Source: Ramazzottius varieornatus
Lineage: Eukaryota > Animalia > Tardigrada
Assembly: GCA_001949185.1 (NCBI GenBank)
Contig: BDGG01000006.1
Coordinates: 1,346,827 to 1,410,826, forward strand
Length of the DNA: 64,000 nt
Reading direction: 5' to 3'
The position numbers were made by a program, and so were the translations under genes. Positions within the stretch are counted from its first letter, which is position 1. The number at the start of each line of letters is the position of its first letter. Positions 62,205-64,000 of this stretch are shown piece by piece. Under the pieces are notes generated by a model. The model made no database searches, was not told the DNA's origin, and was given only the letters and a program-made list of their open reading frames with translations.

Positions 62205-63912
62205 TCACGTTATGTACCTCTGTAATTTCAACACGCTGACAATCTGTGTCTTGCCACCAGTATCGTTCTGGACAGCCGTCCTGGCAATCGACACACTCGA
62301 AGGGAAGCAGTGGAAGAACGAACCAAAAATCTTGGACAAGCCTTGTGCCTTGAACTCTTGGTTGGGGTCCAGTGCGTAGCTGTTCTTGTTGGCGAACAAC
62401 GTACCCAGAGTGATACTGATACACAGCGTGACGACTGCTATAGCAAAAATGTCGCCTATGACAGCGCCCACATCGAATGGAATCGGCATGCCAGTTGGGA
62501 TGTGGTGGATGGTGTGGACGCCGTATTTGTGTTCAAGGTTCAGAAGGTAAGAAATGAGTGTGCCGAAGACGACGACGATGAGTTCGCCGGGTATCGGTAT
62601 TTTGACCCAGCGCATCACAGCTCGACTAGCGTTGAGGTGGAGCTTGATGATTACCAGGAAGCCGACGGTAATGAAACCGATGATCATGGTTGGAACGTGG
62701 AGCGTGTCAAGCACGGAGAAGAAGTTCACGTATGTCTGAAAGATACAATGTGAAGCAAGCCTTCAGATACTGGAACCTACTTCGGAAATACCTTGATAAG
62801 CTTGAAAGCACCGTAGTAGTCATGAAGTCCCCTGACACCGAACACCATCTTCAGCTGGTTGGTAAAGACATGGATAGCGGCTCCACATGTGAATCTGGAC
62901 AGGAGGCAAAACCTTCCTAGCAGAAGAAAAATTTGGATGCGGTCTATCTCTTAAGAGACCCACCCTTGGACTAGCTGGTCAGAAAAGTGAACGACAAGTT
63001 CACCCGTTCCCAGCAGCCCAGAAGCCAGCTGACAGCAGCCGACTAGAAGGGCTACTCCTGTGGCGATATGCACTTAATGTTCTTCCGCGATGGTGTACTG
63101 AGGAGACCCATTGGCCAACTCGTTGTATTCGGGATAAACCAACTTGCCGTTAGAGTCTTCAAGAAACAGACCGTATTGTCGGATGATTTTACTGGTCATC
63201 AGACTGGTGATGGCGTCCGGACCTATCGCAGAAATTCTACGTACATTTCATCTTGGTAAAGTTCTCTTTATATGGAAATATCTGCGTCTTCGTACCAAGC
63301 GAGCATTGTCGGGAGGAAGACATCAGGAAGTAGACGAGCAAAGGAAAGAAAGACACGTAGAGTCCAGTAACAGGAGGACACAGTGCGATCAGCGCACACG
63401 CCACGCCCTGTGGTGTATTCAGGAGCCCAGTCGTAAGACCTGTAACATTCTGAATGGTGCTTCTTTTGTCAAGGTTTAAGAGTTTAACAAGCAAGCTTCA
63501 ATTCGTTAACACCCCACTATCATACGGTACTGATATCGCAGTCTACCGTCGCCGTCGGCGACAAAGAAGTAAATTTACTTTTCGAAAACGAGCGAGTTGT
63601 GCTTCACTTTTTTGGCAGGACGAAAAAGTCGGCGAGCAAGTCGGTCCTCCATCGGTACTTCGGTAACCAGTCCGCTACCGGTAGCCACCGACGGACGAAA
63701 CGAAGAGCACTTCGCTCATGAAAATGGCGATTGCTAAATCTTCGGGTCCGAAATTTCGCCACGTTCTGTTTGATGTTTTGCCATGGTGTTAATGGTGCTC
63801 CTGGTTCGCGCAACCCGTTGGCCAAGTCGAACCTGTTGCAACGTAAGACTGAACACTGAAATACGTTTGTAGCCGTCACACTGGTTACCTTGTTGGCCTC
63901 CAACAAGTACAA
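62205..63912 (-). pseudogene. SLC26/SulP anion transporter (prestin-like), probably a pseudogene
   Basis: Motifs WLPKYRWRTDLLAD, GLLNTPQGVACALIALCPPVTGLYVSFFP, GFTCGAAIHVFTNQL, PIPGELIVV, LDPNQEF and SIARTAVQNDTGGKTQ. In-frame TAA at 63076-63074 (EEH*VHIATG). I could not find the last TMs or the STAS domain downstream. Confidence 0.7.
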
Positions 63913-64000
63913 GGTAGCAGGGTAACACGTTCTGGGAATTTTGGCAACTTGTTACACACCAACTGTTTTCCGCATTTAGTGACGCCAATTTAGACGGTCA

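Noticed and set aside
1-64000. Prokaryotic-type systems (operons, CRISPR arrays) and rRNA/tRNA genes
   Set aside because: The sequence is intron-containing animal DNA. I saw no repeat-spacer arrays, recognisable structural RNA genes or clearly bacterial-like genes.

Overview
This is a gene-dense eukaryotic (animal) window with short GT-AG introns, typically about 50-120 nt. A compact invertebrate genome such as a tardigrade is my inference and cannot be proven from the sequence. Genes reconstructed by hand splicing are: the 3' end of a Ser/Pro/Gln/Tyr-rich protein, an uncharacterised minus-strand gene, a Sel1-repeat (LRP2BP-like) protein, an F-box protein, cardiolipin synthase, a GPI-anchored Ly6/three-finger protein with Gly/Gln-rich loops, an RIIa (D/D)-domain protein, an alpha-neurexin, an inverted convergent pair of BarH-like homeobox genes and an SLC26 transporter with an in-frame stop. 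There are also four copies of a receptor with a guanylyl-cyclase-type (ANF-receptor) ectodomain but no kinase or cyclase domain; two look intact, one has a nonsense codon and one is a decayed fragment. Mobile DNA includes a Tc4/Tc5-like element with 159-bp TIRs and a TAA TSD, a hAT-type non-autonomous element with an 8-bp TSD, a mariner relic and a degenerate TIR element. The most notable observations are: (1) the BarH-like inverted pair, which shows patchwork near-100% identity (homeobox exon and a 511-bp upstream block), an atypical recognition helix and reciprocally displaced conserved blocks; (2) the catalytically 'headless' receptor family; (3) an RII-like protein that keeps the D/D domain and an RRxS site but has no cAMP-binding domains; (4) a Ly6 protein with prion-like loops. 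All exon boundaries and identities were determined by eye.
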